Source: a virus (taxonomy: Duplodnaviria > Caudoviricetes). Taken from it: a DNA stretch of 44,340 nucleotides. A program made the position numbers and the translations under genes. Shown piece by piece: positions 1 to 9,306 of the stretch (positions are counted from its first letter, which is position 1; every line of letters starts with the position of its first letter). The stretch lies in IMG/VR virus record IMGVR_UViG_3300020045_011225, positions 1 to 44,340 of that record. One strand, 5' to 3'. The notes below the pieces were generated by a model. The model saw only the letters and a program-made list of their open reading frames with translations. It did no database searches and was not told the DNA's origin.

Positions 1-362
1 TGCTGAAAGACCAACTTAACGGGCGACTTGATTGTATGGTCGTGGGTAAAGGCATGTGGCGATTTCCCGATTGGTTGCCCGATTGGTTCTTTATGGAATT
101 GTGCAGTGAGCGCCGAACGAACAAAGGTTGGGAAAACCCATCACATTCTCGAAATGAGGCGTGGGATTTAGGCTATTATTGCCTTGGTATTTGCGCCAGC
201 CGTATTCTAATGATTGAGAAGTTTGATTGGTCATCGCCGCCACGGTGGGCGGCGGAGTGGGATTCCAATGATATGGTTCGCGCAGCAACAGAGTCGCCGC
301 GATTTGCAGTGGCGGTTAAAAAAGATTACGATTTCAGCAAATTCGGTGAATCCATAGGGTAG
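1..362 (+). CDS. terL: Terminase large subunit (lambda GpA family), C-terminal part; 5' end lies outside the window
   Basis: Frame is open from position 3; RNEAWDL nuclease-end motif typical of GpA; directly upstream of gpW and portal. Confidence 0.9.
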   Translation, partial: LKDQLNGRLDCMVVGKGMWRFPDWLPDWFFMELCSERRTNKGWENPSHSRNEAWDLGYYCLGICASRILMIEKFDWSSPPRWAAEWDSNDMVRAATESPRFAVAVKKDYDFSKFGESIG

Positions 363-370
363 GTGATAAA

Positions 371-598
371 ATGTCATGCGTTCAATACACGCAAGCGCAA
401 CTTGACGAGGCGCGTGATGCGTACCACAAATTGATGTTGGGTCAATCCCTCGTTGAAATTACCGATCAAAACGGTGAACGCGTGCGCTTTGCCCAAGCCA
501 ATCGCAACAACCTGTACCGTTATATTCAGGAAATGGAAGCGCAGCTTTGCACGGCCACTCAAGTGAAATCGGTACGCCCTATGGGATTCACTTTCTGA
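371..598 (+). CDS. Head-tail joining protein, lambda gpW-like
   Basis: 75 aa; LDEARDAYHKLMLG...DQNGERVRF...LYRYIQEMEAQL; position between terminase and portal. Confidence 0.9.
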   Translation: MSCVQYTQAQLDEARDAYHKLMLGQSLVEITDQNGERVRFAQANRNNLYRYIQEMEAQLCTATQVKSVRPMGFTF

Positions 599-2316
599 TG
601 CCTGATAAAAAAATCATCGAAGCTGAGGTTGCCACTATCACCCTCCAACCTATGACCGCAATCGGCGGCGGGTTGGAGGGTGCTCAATACACTACCCGCG
701 AAACAATGGCGTGGACTCCAAATATGGGTTCACCTGACCAGATCATCAATGGTGTAAAAGACACCGCTGATGCGCGGTCACAAGACATGGCAATGAATGA
801 CGGCTATGTTAGCGGTGCAGTGGCAATCCACAAGGACAATATTGTTGGCGCGCAATACGTACTCAATTCACAACCGAATTGGCGCGCGCTCAATCTCACC
901 TCGGCGTGGGCTGAAGAATTTCAAAGCGTTGTTGAATCGCGTTTTAACCTGATTGCCCAGTCTGAAGAATGCTGGCTTGATGCGAGTCGCCGTAATACGT
1001 TTGCGGGTATGGTTCGCCTTGCCATTGGTAGCTTTACGTTATCAGGTGAGGTACTGGCAACTGCTGAGTGGGTGAAAGAATCAAGTCGCCCATGTAAAAC
1101 GGCAGTGCAAATCATTAGCCCTCGCCGCCTATCGAACCGTAATGGTGTTAGTGATACGCCGACATTGCGCCGTGGGGTTGAGTCGAACGCGTATGGCCGC
1201 CCAATCGCATACCACATTCGCGCAGCTTTCCCGACTGAGTTTTACCTTAATGCTGATGCGTTGACGTGGAAACGCGTACCTGCATTCAAGCCGTGGGGTC
1301 GTCGTCAAGTCATTCACATCATGGAGCAACTCTTGCCCGGCCAAAGCCGTGGTGTTGCCGATATGGTGTCGGCGCTGAAGCAAATGAAAATGACCAAGAA
1401 GTTTCAAGAGGTCACACTTCAGAATGCCGTCGTAAATGCCACGTATGCAGCCGCCATTGAATCAGAATTGCCGCCAAACACGGTATTCGAGACAATGGGC
1501 GGGGCGGATGGTAGTGAACATGGGATGATGAATTACCTTGGTTCATACATGGGTGCTTTGCAAAGTTACCTGTCATCCAGCAAGAACATCGCTATTGACG
1601 GTGCGAAAATCCCACATTTGTTCCCCGGTACTAAGTTGAATTTAACACCAGTCGGCACGCCGGGCGGTGTGGGTACAGATTTTGAGGAATCACTGTTACG
1701 GCACATTGCGGCTTGCCTCGGCTTGTCGTATGAGCAGTTCAGCCGTGATTACTCGAAAACGAATTACTCGTCGGCGCGCGCCTCGATGAATGAGACTTGG
1801 AAAACCATGATGAGCAAGAAAGCACTCATCGCGGATCGCTTCGCCAATCAGATTTTCGCATTATGGCTTGAAGAAGAAGTTGCTAAAGGTACATTACCGT
1901 TGCCGAAGGGTAAAACACCGGATTGGTTCTATGAGCCGATGGTGAAGGACGCGCTTTGCGCTTGCACTTGGATTGGTGCATCACGCGGCCAAATTGATGA
2001 GTTGAAAGAAACTCAATCGGCAATGTTGCGAATCAAAGCTGGCCTATCGACTTATGAAAAAGAGTCGGCACGCCTCGGTGAGGATTTCCGCGACTTGTTT
2101 ACCCAGCGCGCGCGTGAGGAAAAAATGCTTTCCGAACTCGGCCTTAGTTTTGAATTACAATCGACCAAACCGAACGCAGGCGCATCAAGTTTAGCAGGTG
2201 AGAAGAAAACCGCTGGTGCCAAAAAAGATGATGCGACTGAAGCTCAATTCACATCACCTACTGCGTTCATACTGAATCATGAATACCCGAAAGGTGATGA
2301 GGATAGTGACAAATGA
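598..2316 (+). CDS. Portal protein, lambda family
   Basis: GQSRGV and LGLSYEQFSRDYSKTNYSSARAS motifs; start placed at the ATG of the TGATG overlap with gpW. Confidence 0.95.
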   Translation: MPDKKIIEAEVATITLQPMTAIGGGLEGAQYTTRETMAWTPNMGSPDQIINGVKDTADARSQDMAMNDGYVSGAVAIHKDNIVGAQYVLNSQPNWRALNLTSAWAEEFQSVVESRFNLIAQSEECWLDASRRNTFAGMVRLAIGSFTLSGEVLATAEWVKESSRPCKTAVQIISPRRLSNRNGVSDTPTLRRGVESNAYGRPIAYHIRAAFPTEFYLNADALTWKRVPAFKPWGRRQVIHIMEQLLPGQSRGVADMVSALKQMKMTKKFQEVTLQNAVVNATYAAAIESELPPNTVFETMGGADGSEHGMMNYLGSYMGALQSYLSSSKNIAIDGAKIPHLFPGTKLNLTPVGTPGGVGTDFEESLLRHIAACLGLSYEQFSRDYSKTNYSSARASMNETWKTMMSKKALIADRFANQIFALWLEEEVAKGTLPLPKGKTPDWFYEPMVKDALCACTWIGASRGQIDELKETQSAMLRIKAGLSTYEKESARLGEDFRDLFTQRAREEKMLSELGLSFELQSTKPNAGASSLAGEKKTAGAKKDDATEAQFTSPTAFILNHEYPKGDEDSDK

Positions 2317-3623
2317 ACCCTGAAAATCTAAATATTCTCACCGCGTTCAATCAACGCCCTGCTGCGCTACTCGGCTCGGCCTCAGTTGAATTGATGATGA
2401 CCATGCAGCGTTTTGTTAAAGCGGATCATGGCCAAGAGGTGAAATCGCTACCACAACGCATGGGCATGTTGGCCGCAAGTTATGGCGGTACTGTGGTTGA
2501 CCGTAAACCATACGTGATGGTTGAAGGTGTTGCGGTGATTCCTGTTCATGGGGTTTTGATCAATTCATTCGGTGACACTTATGGTTATGTGACCGGCTAC
2601 AACTACATTCGTCGCATGGTAGATATTGCTGAGTCGGATGATGATGTGGTTGCTGTTGGTTTTGATTGCGCTTCACCGGGTGGTATGGTGCAGGGTTGTT
2701 TTGAAACCGCCGACCTGATTGCCAATATGACTAAGCCGACCGCAGCATTTGTTGAATCAATGGCCGCCTCAGCGTGTTACGCGATTGCGTCTGCGTGCGA
2801 TAAGATTTACGTTACTGAGTCGGCTATCTTGGGTTCAGTCGGCGTGTTACGTACCCACATGGATTACTCGAAATTCATGGTGGATATGGGTATCAATGTT
2901 ACCTTCCATTATCGCGGTGACCATAAGGTAGACGGTAACCCTTATCAACCTTTGGCCGAAAGTGCTAAGGCGAATTGGGACGCTGAACTTGACAAAACGT
3001 ATACGCGCTTTACTGAATTTGTGGCTGAAAACCGCAATATGGATAAAAAAGCAGTTGTGGAAACGCAAGCTGCTGTTTATTCTGGTCAGGAATCAGTTAG
3101 AATTGGATTTTCTGATGCCGTCATGAGTATACAAAACGGTTTTGGTGATTTTTTAAGTGGGTTGAACAACCCGAATTCTTTAGGGAGTAAGGCTATGTCA
3201 AATACAAACGCTGCTACTGCCGGTGCGGGTGATGCTGCGGCACAACCCACAACACCAGTAGTTGATGTTGCGGTAACGGCGCAAGCCGCTGCCACTGCTG
3301 AGCGTGTACGTATTTCCTCTATCATGGGTTGTGATGAAGCGAAAGAACGTAACACGTTGGCAACGCATTTAGCACTAAACACCTCTATGAGTGTTGATGA
3401 TGCAAAAGCAACCCTCGCGGTGGCTGCAAGTGAAAAAGTGCAACCTGCCACACCTGCTGCGGCAAATACAGCGCCTGTAGCTAATGTGGCATTTGCCGCA
3501 GCAATGAGCGCGGGTAATCCTGAGATTGGTGCTGATGCAAATGAAGCGTCAAACTCAAATGAAGGTGAAACGGTTGCTCAACGCATTCTCAATGCACAAA
3601 ATCTCATTCATGGGGGTAAATAA
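2313..3623 (+). CDS. Head maturation protease (S49/SppA family, lambda gpC-like) with C-terminal scaffold domain
   Basis: DCASPGG, MAASACYAIAS and GSVGV motifs; Ala-rich C-terminus containing ERVRISSIMGCDEAKER. Confidence 0.92.
   Translation: MNPENLNILTAFNQRPAALLGSASVELMMTMQRFVKADHGQEVKSLPQRMGMLAASYGGTVVDRKPYVMVEGVAVIPVHGVLINSFGDTYGYVTGYNYIRRMVDIAESDDDVVAVGFDCASPGGMVQGCFETADLIANMTKPTAAFVESMAASACYAIASACDKIYVTESAILGSVGVLRTHMDYSKFMVDMGINVTFHYRGDHKVDGNPYQPLAESAKANWDAELDKTYTRFTEFVAENRNMDKKAVVETQAAVYSGQESVRIGFSDAVMSIQNGFGDFLSGLNNPNSLGSKAMSNTNAATAGAGDAAAQPTTPVVDVAVTAQAAATAERVRISSIMGCDEAKERNTLATHLALNTSMSVDDAKATLAVAASEKVQPATPAAANTAPVANVAFAAAMSAGNPEIGADANEASNSNEGETVAQRILNAQNLIHGGK
3195..3623 (+). CDS. 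Nested in-frame scaffold protein (lambda Nu3-like)
   Basis: In-frame ATG at 3195 preceded by AGGGAG, at the protease/scaffold boundary. Confidence 0.65.
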   Translation: MSNTNAATAGAGDAAAQPTTPVVDVAVTAQAAATAERVRISSIMGCDEAKERNTLATHLALNTSMSVDDAKATLAVAASEKVQPATPAAANTAPVANVAFAAAMSAGNPEIGADANEASNSNEGETVAQRILNAQNLIHGGK

Positions 3624-3625
3624 AC

Positions 3626-4021
3626 ATGTCAAATTCTAATGACTTGGCCGGTGGTCGCACGTTACTTGGTACAACCGACTTTGAAGAACTGTTTGCAGGT
3701 GAAGCGCCGGTAATCACGGATTACGCTGATATTGTGACTGACGGTTCAACTAGCTTTGTGAAATTTGAAGTGGTTGCACTTGACCGCACGAACAACCGCA
3801 TTATCAAACATGTGCCTGGTGGTACGGGTGACCAAGTAACTGCCGTGGGCATCTTGTCGCAACCAATTAGCATTAGCACGACGACGCAGGTTGGTTATTT
3901 CGCAGGTGGTTTCTTCAATTCCGATGTTCTGGTTTGGGAAGCTTCTTTGAATACGTTTGCTAAACGCAAAGCCGCATTCGTTCGCACGCCAGTATTCATT
4001 GGCACTTTAGTTAACGTTTAA
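3626..4021 (+). CDS. Head decoration protein (lambda gpD-like)
   Basis: ELFAGEAPVIT...YFAGGFFNSDVLVW; lies between protease and capsid. Confidence 0.88.
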   Translation: MSNSNDLAGGRTLLGTTDFEELFAGEAPVITDYADIVTDGSTSFVKFEVVALDRTNNRIIKHVPGGTGDQVTAVGILSQPISISTTTQVGYFAGGFFNSDVLVWEASLNTFAKRKAAFVRTPVFIGTLVNV

Positions 4022-4032
4022 GGGGTTACACC

Positions 4033-5073
4033 ATGAATCCATTTGATTTAATCACGTTGCTTGCGGTATTGCGTGTTCAGAAAACAATGCCGTCATTCTG
4101 GTCGCGTTGGTTTCCAACTACGATCACTTTTGAAACAGAAACCATCGCCTTTGATGAAGTGTCCGACGACTACCGTAAAATGGCACCGTTCGTTGCGCCA
4201 AACGTGCAAGGTCGTGTTCAGAAGCAAGGTGGTTACCAAACTTCATCGTATGCACCTGCGTACGTGAAACCGAAAGATGTTGTTCGCCCTAACCAAGCCA
4301 TCAAACGCCGCGCTGGTGAAAGTCTTGTTACCGGCACTTTGTCAATGCAACAGCGCATTGATGCGACTGTTGCCGACTTACTGGCATCGCAACGCATCAA
4401 GATTGAAAACCGCGTTGAGTGGATGCGTGCCAAAGCACTTATCGACGGTAAAATTACGATTGAAGGTCGTGATTACCCGAAAGTGACAATCGACTTTAAC
4501 CGTGACGCTTCGTTGACCACTGTGTTGACTGGTACGGCTAAATGGTCGGATGCACTTTCAACGCCAATGAAAGATTTGGCCGACGCGCGCCGCAAATCAA
4601 ACGATTTGTGTGGTGCGGTAATCCGTGACTTCATTTTCGGTGCCAACGCATTCGCATTGTTCTACGCTAAGCTTGATCCAACTAAAATCCAAAACAACAC
4701 CTTGCGCGGTTCTGAAGGTACGGTTTCTGCGTTCTTGGATGGTTTGGAAGGTGTTGAATTCGCAGGTACGGTATCAGGCGTAAATGGTGCTGGCCTTATG
4801 AACTTGTGGGTTTACACCCAAAAGGTTCGCAATGAAGCAGGTGCGTTGGTTGACGTGCTTGACACGAATACCGTCGTTGGTGTTTCGGATAGCATTCAGG
4901 GTGTGAATTGCTACGGTGCGATTGAAGACCTCGGCGCATTGTCGGCAATGGAAATGTACCCTAAAATGTGGGCTGACGATGACCCAAGCGCGATGTACGT
5001 GATGACCCAATCAGCACCGTTACCTGTGCCGAAAATGGTTAACGCTTCATTCTCAATGAAAGTTCACTCGTAA
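4033..5073 (+). CDS. Major capsid protein (lambda gpE family)
   Basis: MAPFVAPNVQG, PAYVKPK, RVEWM and MTQSAPLPVP motifs. Confidence 0.95.
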   Translation: MNPFDLITLLAVLRVQKTMPSFWSRWFPTTITFETETIAFDEVSDDYRKMAPFVAPNVQGRVQKQGGYQTSSYAPAYVKPKDVVRPNQAIKRRAGESLVTGTLSMQQRIDATVADLLASQRIKIENRVEWMRAKALIDGKITIEGRDYPKVTIDFNRDASLTTVLTGTAKWSDALSTPMKDLADARRKSNDLCGAVIRDFIFGANAFALFYAKLDPTKIQNNTLRGSEGTVSAFLDGLEGVEFAGTVSGVNGAGLMNLWVYTQKVRNEAGALVDVLDTNTVVGVSDSIQGVNCYGAIEDLGALSAMEMYPKMWADDDPSAMYVMTQSAPLPVPKMVNASFSMKVHS

Positions 5074-5082
5074 TAAACCAAC

Positions 5083-5100
5083 GTGACCCTTCGGGGTCAC
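5083..5100 (+). other. C(UUCG)G tetraloop hairpin after the capsid gene
   Basis: GTGACCC-TTCG-GGGTCAC with no U-tract. Confidence 0.7.
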
Positions 5101-5119
5101 AATACCTAGGGGTATCGTT

Positions 5120-5338
5120 ATGTTGAAAGTACCAAATATTACAGTCGGCGTTGTTCGCAAAGGTGAACGCGTTAACGCTGAAGCCGGTAAACCGTTTGAG
5201 TTCACTGAAGCTGAGATCGAAGAACTAAATTCGATTGATCCTGATTACTTGCGTGACCCAGTGAATGAAGCGCCTGTTGCTGCGAAAGCTCCAACTGCCG
5301 CTGAAAAAGCTGCCGCTGAAAAAACGACGGCACTGTAA
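5120..5338 (+). CDS. Small head-associated hypothetical protein
   Basis: AGGGG RBS; post-capsid position; Ala/Lys-rich tail. Confidence 0.7.
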   Translation: MLKVPNITVGVVRKGERVNAEAGKPFEFTEAEIEELNSIDPDYLRDPVNEAPVAAKAPTAAEKAAAEKTTAL

Positions 5339-5339
5339 A

Positions 5340-5693
5340 ATGCCATTTGATTTCGGACTTGCGAAAAAGCAACTTCGCCGCACCGTACATGACACGTTGA
5401 GAGTTGCTGCGGTCTTGACGCGTGTTGGCGGCGGTGTTGAAGAATTGCAAGTCCGATTTCACGAAAAACTGATTCGCGCCGGGCAAGCTGATAACTTTTC
5501 CGGTGTGGTCAGCGAAATAATTGAAGGTGTTGACCGTATCGTTTTTGATAACGAGGACTTGGTTGCACGTTCAATTGTTTTGCAGCGTGGGGATAGACTT
5601 GAAATCCCAATTTACCAAATGTCATTCTTGCTTGATACGCAAAATCTTGATGATGGTGCTGTAACAATCACTTGGCAGGTCACACGGCAATGA
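5340..5693 (+). CDS. Head-tail joining protein (FII-like)
   Basis: Synteny; start at ATG 5340 just after the upstream stop. Confidence 0.65.
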   Translation: MPFDFGLAKKQLRRTVHDTLRVAAVLTRVGGGVEELQVRFHEKLIRAGQADNFSGVVSEIIEGVDRIVFDNEDLVARSIVLQRGDRLEIPIYQMSFLLDTQNLDDGAVTITWQVTRQ

Positions 5694-6319
5694 GCGTCAA
5701 AGTGACAATGCGGCAATTGGAATTGCTAAGTGACTTGTCAAAATACTTTGAGGCTTTACCTGAAAAGTCAGCTAAAGATTTACAATTAGCCATGAATAAA
5801 GTGGGTGGTGGTACTGGCCTCACAATGTTCAAGCGCGAAATGAATTCGCAAGTTAACTTCCCATCAAATTACCTGAATGGTGAGCGCTTCTTTTTGGCTA
5901 AAAAGGCCAATCCGAATGACCTCAGTATCGTTGTTGCTGGTCGCGGCGAACCTACATCACTTGCGCGCTTTGTCACAAAAAGCAAATCGAAAGGTTTACA
6001 GGTTAAAGTTAATGCTGCGGGTGGCGGGAGTAATCTGCGTAGGGCGTTTTTAGTCAAGTTGAATAGTGGTAATCAGGGTTTGGCGGTTCGTGTTGATAAG
6101 GGTCAAACTGCTCTGAAAAATTCAACAGGGGCAAAACGGCTCACCCGCAACAAAACTAAGCGTAAAGAAGGGTATGAAAGTGACCAGCGCGTATTCCTGC
6201 TTTATGCCCCATCAGTAGACCAGATTTTCCGCGAAGTATCTTTGACCAACAGTCCTGAATTCCTACAGATGATTGAAGCTGAATTCCTTCGCCAATTCCT
6301 GAGAGATAAAAATGAGTGA
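5690..6319 (+). CDS. Neck / tail completion protein (lambda Z-like)
   Basis: Basic protein; PTSLARF and LLYAPSVDQIF motifs; ATGA overlap. Confidence 0.7.
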   Translation: MSVKVTMRQLELLSDLSKYFEALPEKSAKDLQLAMNKVGGGTGLTMFKREMNSQVNFPSNYLNGERFFLAKKANPNDLSIVVAGRGEPTSLARFVTKSKSKGLQVKVNAAGGGSNLRRAFLVKLNSGNQGLAVRVDKGQTALKNSTGAKRLTRNKTKRKEGYESDQRVFLLYAPSVDQIFREVSLTNSPEFLQMIEAEFLRQFLRDKNE

Positions 6320-6833
6320 TCCATTACGTTTAGCGGTGTTGAAAAAACTCACATCACTAATTGAAACGATAACGATTGCCAACGGCTACCTGTATGATTT
6401 GAACGGTTGTGTTTTCCGTGGCCGCACAACCTTCGGTGACAATGACCCGACCCCTTTAATCTCATTGCTGGAAGGTGAGTCGCCGGAAGTCATCAACGTC
6501 GCTGGCACCAACGCCAATCAGAAAGAGCGCTTATGGTCAATCATCTTGCAAGGGTGGGTTGAGAATGACCACGTTCACCCTTCCGACCCCGCATATTATT
6601 TGGCGGCCGAAGTTGAACGTTGCCTTGGACAAATCATGGCCGTTGATCGACATGGTGATGCGGCTGTGCCGCAATGGTATCGCCTTGGCGGTGCGTTGCA
6701 GGTGACACGGTTTGTCATTGGCGCGCCAGTAATCCGCCCACCTACCGAGGGTGTTGAGAAGAATGCTACTTTCTACATGCCACTGCTAATAGGGCTTGCG
6801 GAAAAAGCGGGTGAGCCATATCCTAACGTCTAG
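6312..6833 (+). CDS. Tail terminator protein
   Basis: ITIANGY...VFRGRTTFGDNDPTPLISLLE; directly upstream of the tail tube. Confidence 0.75.
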   Translation: MSDPLRLAVLKKLTSLIETITIANGYLYDLNGCVFRGRTTFGDNDPTPLISLLEGESPEVINVAGTNANQKERLWSIILQGWVENDHVHPSDPAYYLAAEVERCLGQIMAVDRHGDAAVPQWYRLGGALQVTRFVIGAPVIRPPTEGVEKNATFYMPLLIGLAEKAGEPYPNV

Positions 6834-6862
6834 TTCTATTCATCTTAAATTGGAGATTCATC

Positions 6863-7642
6863 ATGGCCGCAGGTCAAAATAATTATGTTTTAGGTAAGGG
6901 TAAAGTTTACTTCGGTCGTTATGACTCGAATAAAAATTTGATTGGCGGTGAACGCTTTATTGGTAACTGCCCAGAATTCAACTTGACCGCATCAAGCGAT
7001 AAGTTGGATCACTTTTCATCGACTGGTGGTTTGAAAACCAAAGACGCTTCGGTGACGTTGCAGGTGAATCGTTCTGGCGGTTTCACGTCCGACAACATTG
7101 ACCGCGACAACTTAGCTTTGTTCTTTACGGGTGAAAAATCCACGGTAAATCAGGCGGTTGGTACTGCGTTGACGACTGATATTCGCGGCCAAAAAGATGC
7201 GTATTTCCAAGCTGGCGCAACTGCGGGTAATCCGACAGGTGATCGCAACATTACCAATGTGACTCTGAAGTTGAAGGCTGCGCCGATGACTATTGTTGCG
7301 GCTGGTGACTACACTGTTGATGCTGCGATGGGTCGTATTTACATTAAAGATACTACCACAATCGTTGAAGGTACCGAGTACACAATCACGTATGACCGCC
7401 CATTGGCAACGCGTGGTCGTGTGATTTCAAAATCACAATCCATCTACGGTTGCGCACGCTTTATCGCTGATAACCCAACCGGCGAAAACAATGATTACTT
7501 CTTGCCGTATGTTGAATTGTCACCTGACGGCGATTACAATCTAATTTCCGATGATTGGACTACCATCGGCTTCACAATGGAAGCGTTGAAACTGAACGAC
7601 TCCACTGAAGCAATTTATATTGATGGTCGTCCTGCTGATTAA
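6863..7642 (+). CDS. Major tail tube protein
   Basis: NYVLGKGKVYF...RFIGNCPEF...FIADNPTGEN; GGAG RBS. Confidence 0.88.
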   Translation: MAAGQNNYVLGKGKVYFGRYDSNKNLIGGERFIGNCPEFNLTASSDKLDHFSSTGGLKTKDASVTLQVNRSGGFTSDNIDRDNLALFFTGEKSTVNQAVGTALTTDIRGQKDAYFQAGATAGNPTGDRNITNVTLKLKAAPMTIVAAGDYTVDAAMGRIYIKDTTTIVEGTEYTITYDRPLATRGRVISKSQSIYGCARFIADNPTGENNDYFLPYVELSPDGDYNLISDDWTTIGFTMEALKLNDSTEAIYIDGRPAD

Positions 7643-7673
7643 TTTTTAATCTTTAACGCAGTGATGCGCTGAG

Positions 7674-7701
7674 AGGCTCACTTTAATTGGTGAGCCTTTT
7701 T
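7674..7701 (+). terminator. Intrinsic terminator
   Basis: AGGCTCAC-N8-GTGAGCCT followed by T-tract. Confidence 0.75.
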
Positions 7702-7715
7702 CATTGAGGTTGAAT

Positions 7716-8597
7716 ATGGGTAGGAAGTTAACCACTGCCGAATTCATTGAAATGGCGATTGGGGTTCATGGTGACAAGTATGATTATTTTGAGACGGTAT
7801 ATGTTGGAGGTAGATTTAAATTAAATGTGATTTGCAAACTTCACAATTTCAAATTCCAACAGAAGGCGCGTAATCATTTAGATGGTCAAGGTTGCCCGAA
7901 ATGTGCAGGTCAATACTCACCTTCGACGGTTGAATTTATTCAATCATCCATGTTAGTTCATTGCGATAAGTACGATTATTCTCAAGTGAACTATGTGAAT
8001 AACTGCAATAAAGTCACAATTAGATGTAAGCAGCATGACTTTGTGTTTTCCCAATCACCAAACAAACATTTACAAGGGAAGGGTTGTCACAAATGTGCAG
8101 GGCAATACCGTCCGTCAACCAGTGAATTTATTGAAAGTTGCCGTAATGTTCACGGTGATAAATATGACTATAGTTTAGTTAGATATGTAAACAATAAAAC
8201 TGATGTGATAATAAAGTGCAACAAACACGGTTTTACATTTAAGCAAAGTCCTTGTAACCACCTCGCAGGAAAAGGTTGTCAAGCATGTAGCATCGTTGGA
8301 TTTAACGTAGACAAAGGTGCTTACTTTTACGTTTTGGTGTTTAAGTCGTTTGTTGGCTTTGGTATAAGTGGTAAATATTCCAGCAGATTACGCACCCACG
8401 TTAAAAATGCAGGTGGGGAAATCCCCATATCTGAACACTTGCGCTGGTTTGATGTTGGTGCGCACGCTAAAGAACTCGAATCGCAATTGAAACGCAAATA
8501 CAAAGGTGTTAGCAGTGTGCGTGGATTTTTAACAGAATCAACTACACTTGAAAATTTAACTTTATTATTGAAAGATGTATCTGATTTCAAGATATAA
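7716..8597 (+). CDS. Putative free-standing homing endonuclease: three zinc-binding DUF723-like repeats plus a GIY-YIG-like C-terminal domain
   Basis: Three HGDKYDY...C..H...HL.G.GC..C repeats; FYVL..FVGFGIS..RLRTH; AT-rich; interrupts the tail tube-chaperone junction. Confidence 0.7.
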   Translation: MGRKLTTAEFIEMAIGVHGDKYDYFETVYVGGRFKLNVICKLHNFKFQQKARNHLDGQGCPKCAGQYSPSTVEFIQSSMLVHCDKYDYSQVNYVNNCNKVTIRCKQHDFVFSQSPNKHLQGKGCHKCAGQYRPSTSEFIESCRNVHGDKYDYSLVRYVNNKTDVIIKCNKHGFTFKQSPCNHLAGKGCQACSIVGFNVDKGAYFYVLVFKSFVGFGISGKYSSRLRTHVKNAGGEIPISEHLRWFDVGAHAKELESQLKRKYKGVSSVRGFLTESTTLENLTLLLKDVSDFKI

Positions 8598-8632
8598 TCC
8601 AACTTTAATCAATATCACCTAGAGGTGTTGAA

Positions 8633-9052
8633 ATGTCACTCGCTTCATACGTTCCGCAAACTAAAATTTTAATCGTAGATGAAACCACAATTTCATTCAG
8701 AGGTTTATCGGCTCAAGATATAGGTGCGTTGCTTGAACATAATATTGATGAAATCACTTTGATTTTTGATAGCTTTAAGGCACAGTCTGAAATTTCAGAA
8801 TATGAATTGGCTCATGCGTTAGTGAAATTGCCCAAAATGGCATGTGCGATCATTGCAATGACGTGTGCTGATGAGGGTTCACTTACTGATTTTTCACGCG
8901 CTGCAGCATTGTTACCGTTGGACATTCAGGTTGATGCTTTAATTCTGATTGGAGGTTTAACATTCAGTAATGGCTTGGGAAAGTTCATCGAAAATATCAA
9001 CCACCTCCTCGGCCAGATCAAGCCGAAAGCGCCAAACCAAAAAGCACAATAG
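8633..9052 (+). CDS. Tail assembly chaperone (gpG-like)
   Basis: RGLSAQDI motif; lies before the tape measure; contains a slippery site. Confidence 0.85.
   Translation: MSLASYVPQTKILIVDETTISFRGLSAQDIGALLEHNIDEITLIFDSFKAQSEISEYELAHALVKLPKMACAIIAMTCADEGSLTDFSRAAALLPLDIQVDALILIGGLTFSNGLGKFIENINHLLGQIKPKAPNQKAQ
8977..8983 (+). other. -1 programmed ribosomal frameshift site G GGA AAG
   Basis: Same heptamer as lambda G/T, correctly phased; the -1 frame is open from 8983 to 9306. Confidence 0.85.
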
Positions 9053-9306
9053 ATCGCATTAACAACATCTACCTCGGGATTCGCCGCGATGTGTCGCTGC
9101 TACTTTCCGAGGGTCATCACCTTGCCATGCGTTACCCTTTGGGGTTCATGTGGAATGAAGTTAAGATTGTACGACAACGCCTCACTTCGTCGGTTAGAAT
9201 GGACGCATTGATCCAACAATCGGTAATTGCATCGGCCATCGGTGGTAAGGATGGTGCGAAGCAATTATCGAAACTTCTGGCAGGGCTTGACGATGGCGAT
9301 TACTAA
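8983..9306 (+). CDS. Frameshift extension of the tail chaperone (gpGT-like C-terminus)
   Basis: Open -1 frame that includes the listed 9091..9306 ORF. Confidence 0.8.
   Translation, partial: VHRKYQPPPRPDQAESAKPKSTIDRINNIYLGIRRDVSLLLSEGHHLAMRYPLGFMWNEVKIVRQRLTSSVRMDALIQQSVIASAIGGKDGAKQLSKLLAGLDDGDY

Noticed and set aside
5293-5323. CTGCCGCTGAAAAA repeat (and GGCGTAGTCGG twice near 25112-25153)
   Set aside because: Short in-frame repeats encoding low-complexity peptide; unremarkable
9227-9292. Longer ORF-track starts for the tape measure (also portal 547, 5265 and 7704)
   Set aside because: Non-ATG starts overlapping upstream genes or signals; downstream coupled ATGs fit better
9091-9306. 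Independent 71-aa gene
   Set aside because: Explained as the -1 frameshift extension of the tail chaperone
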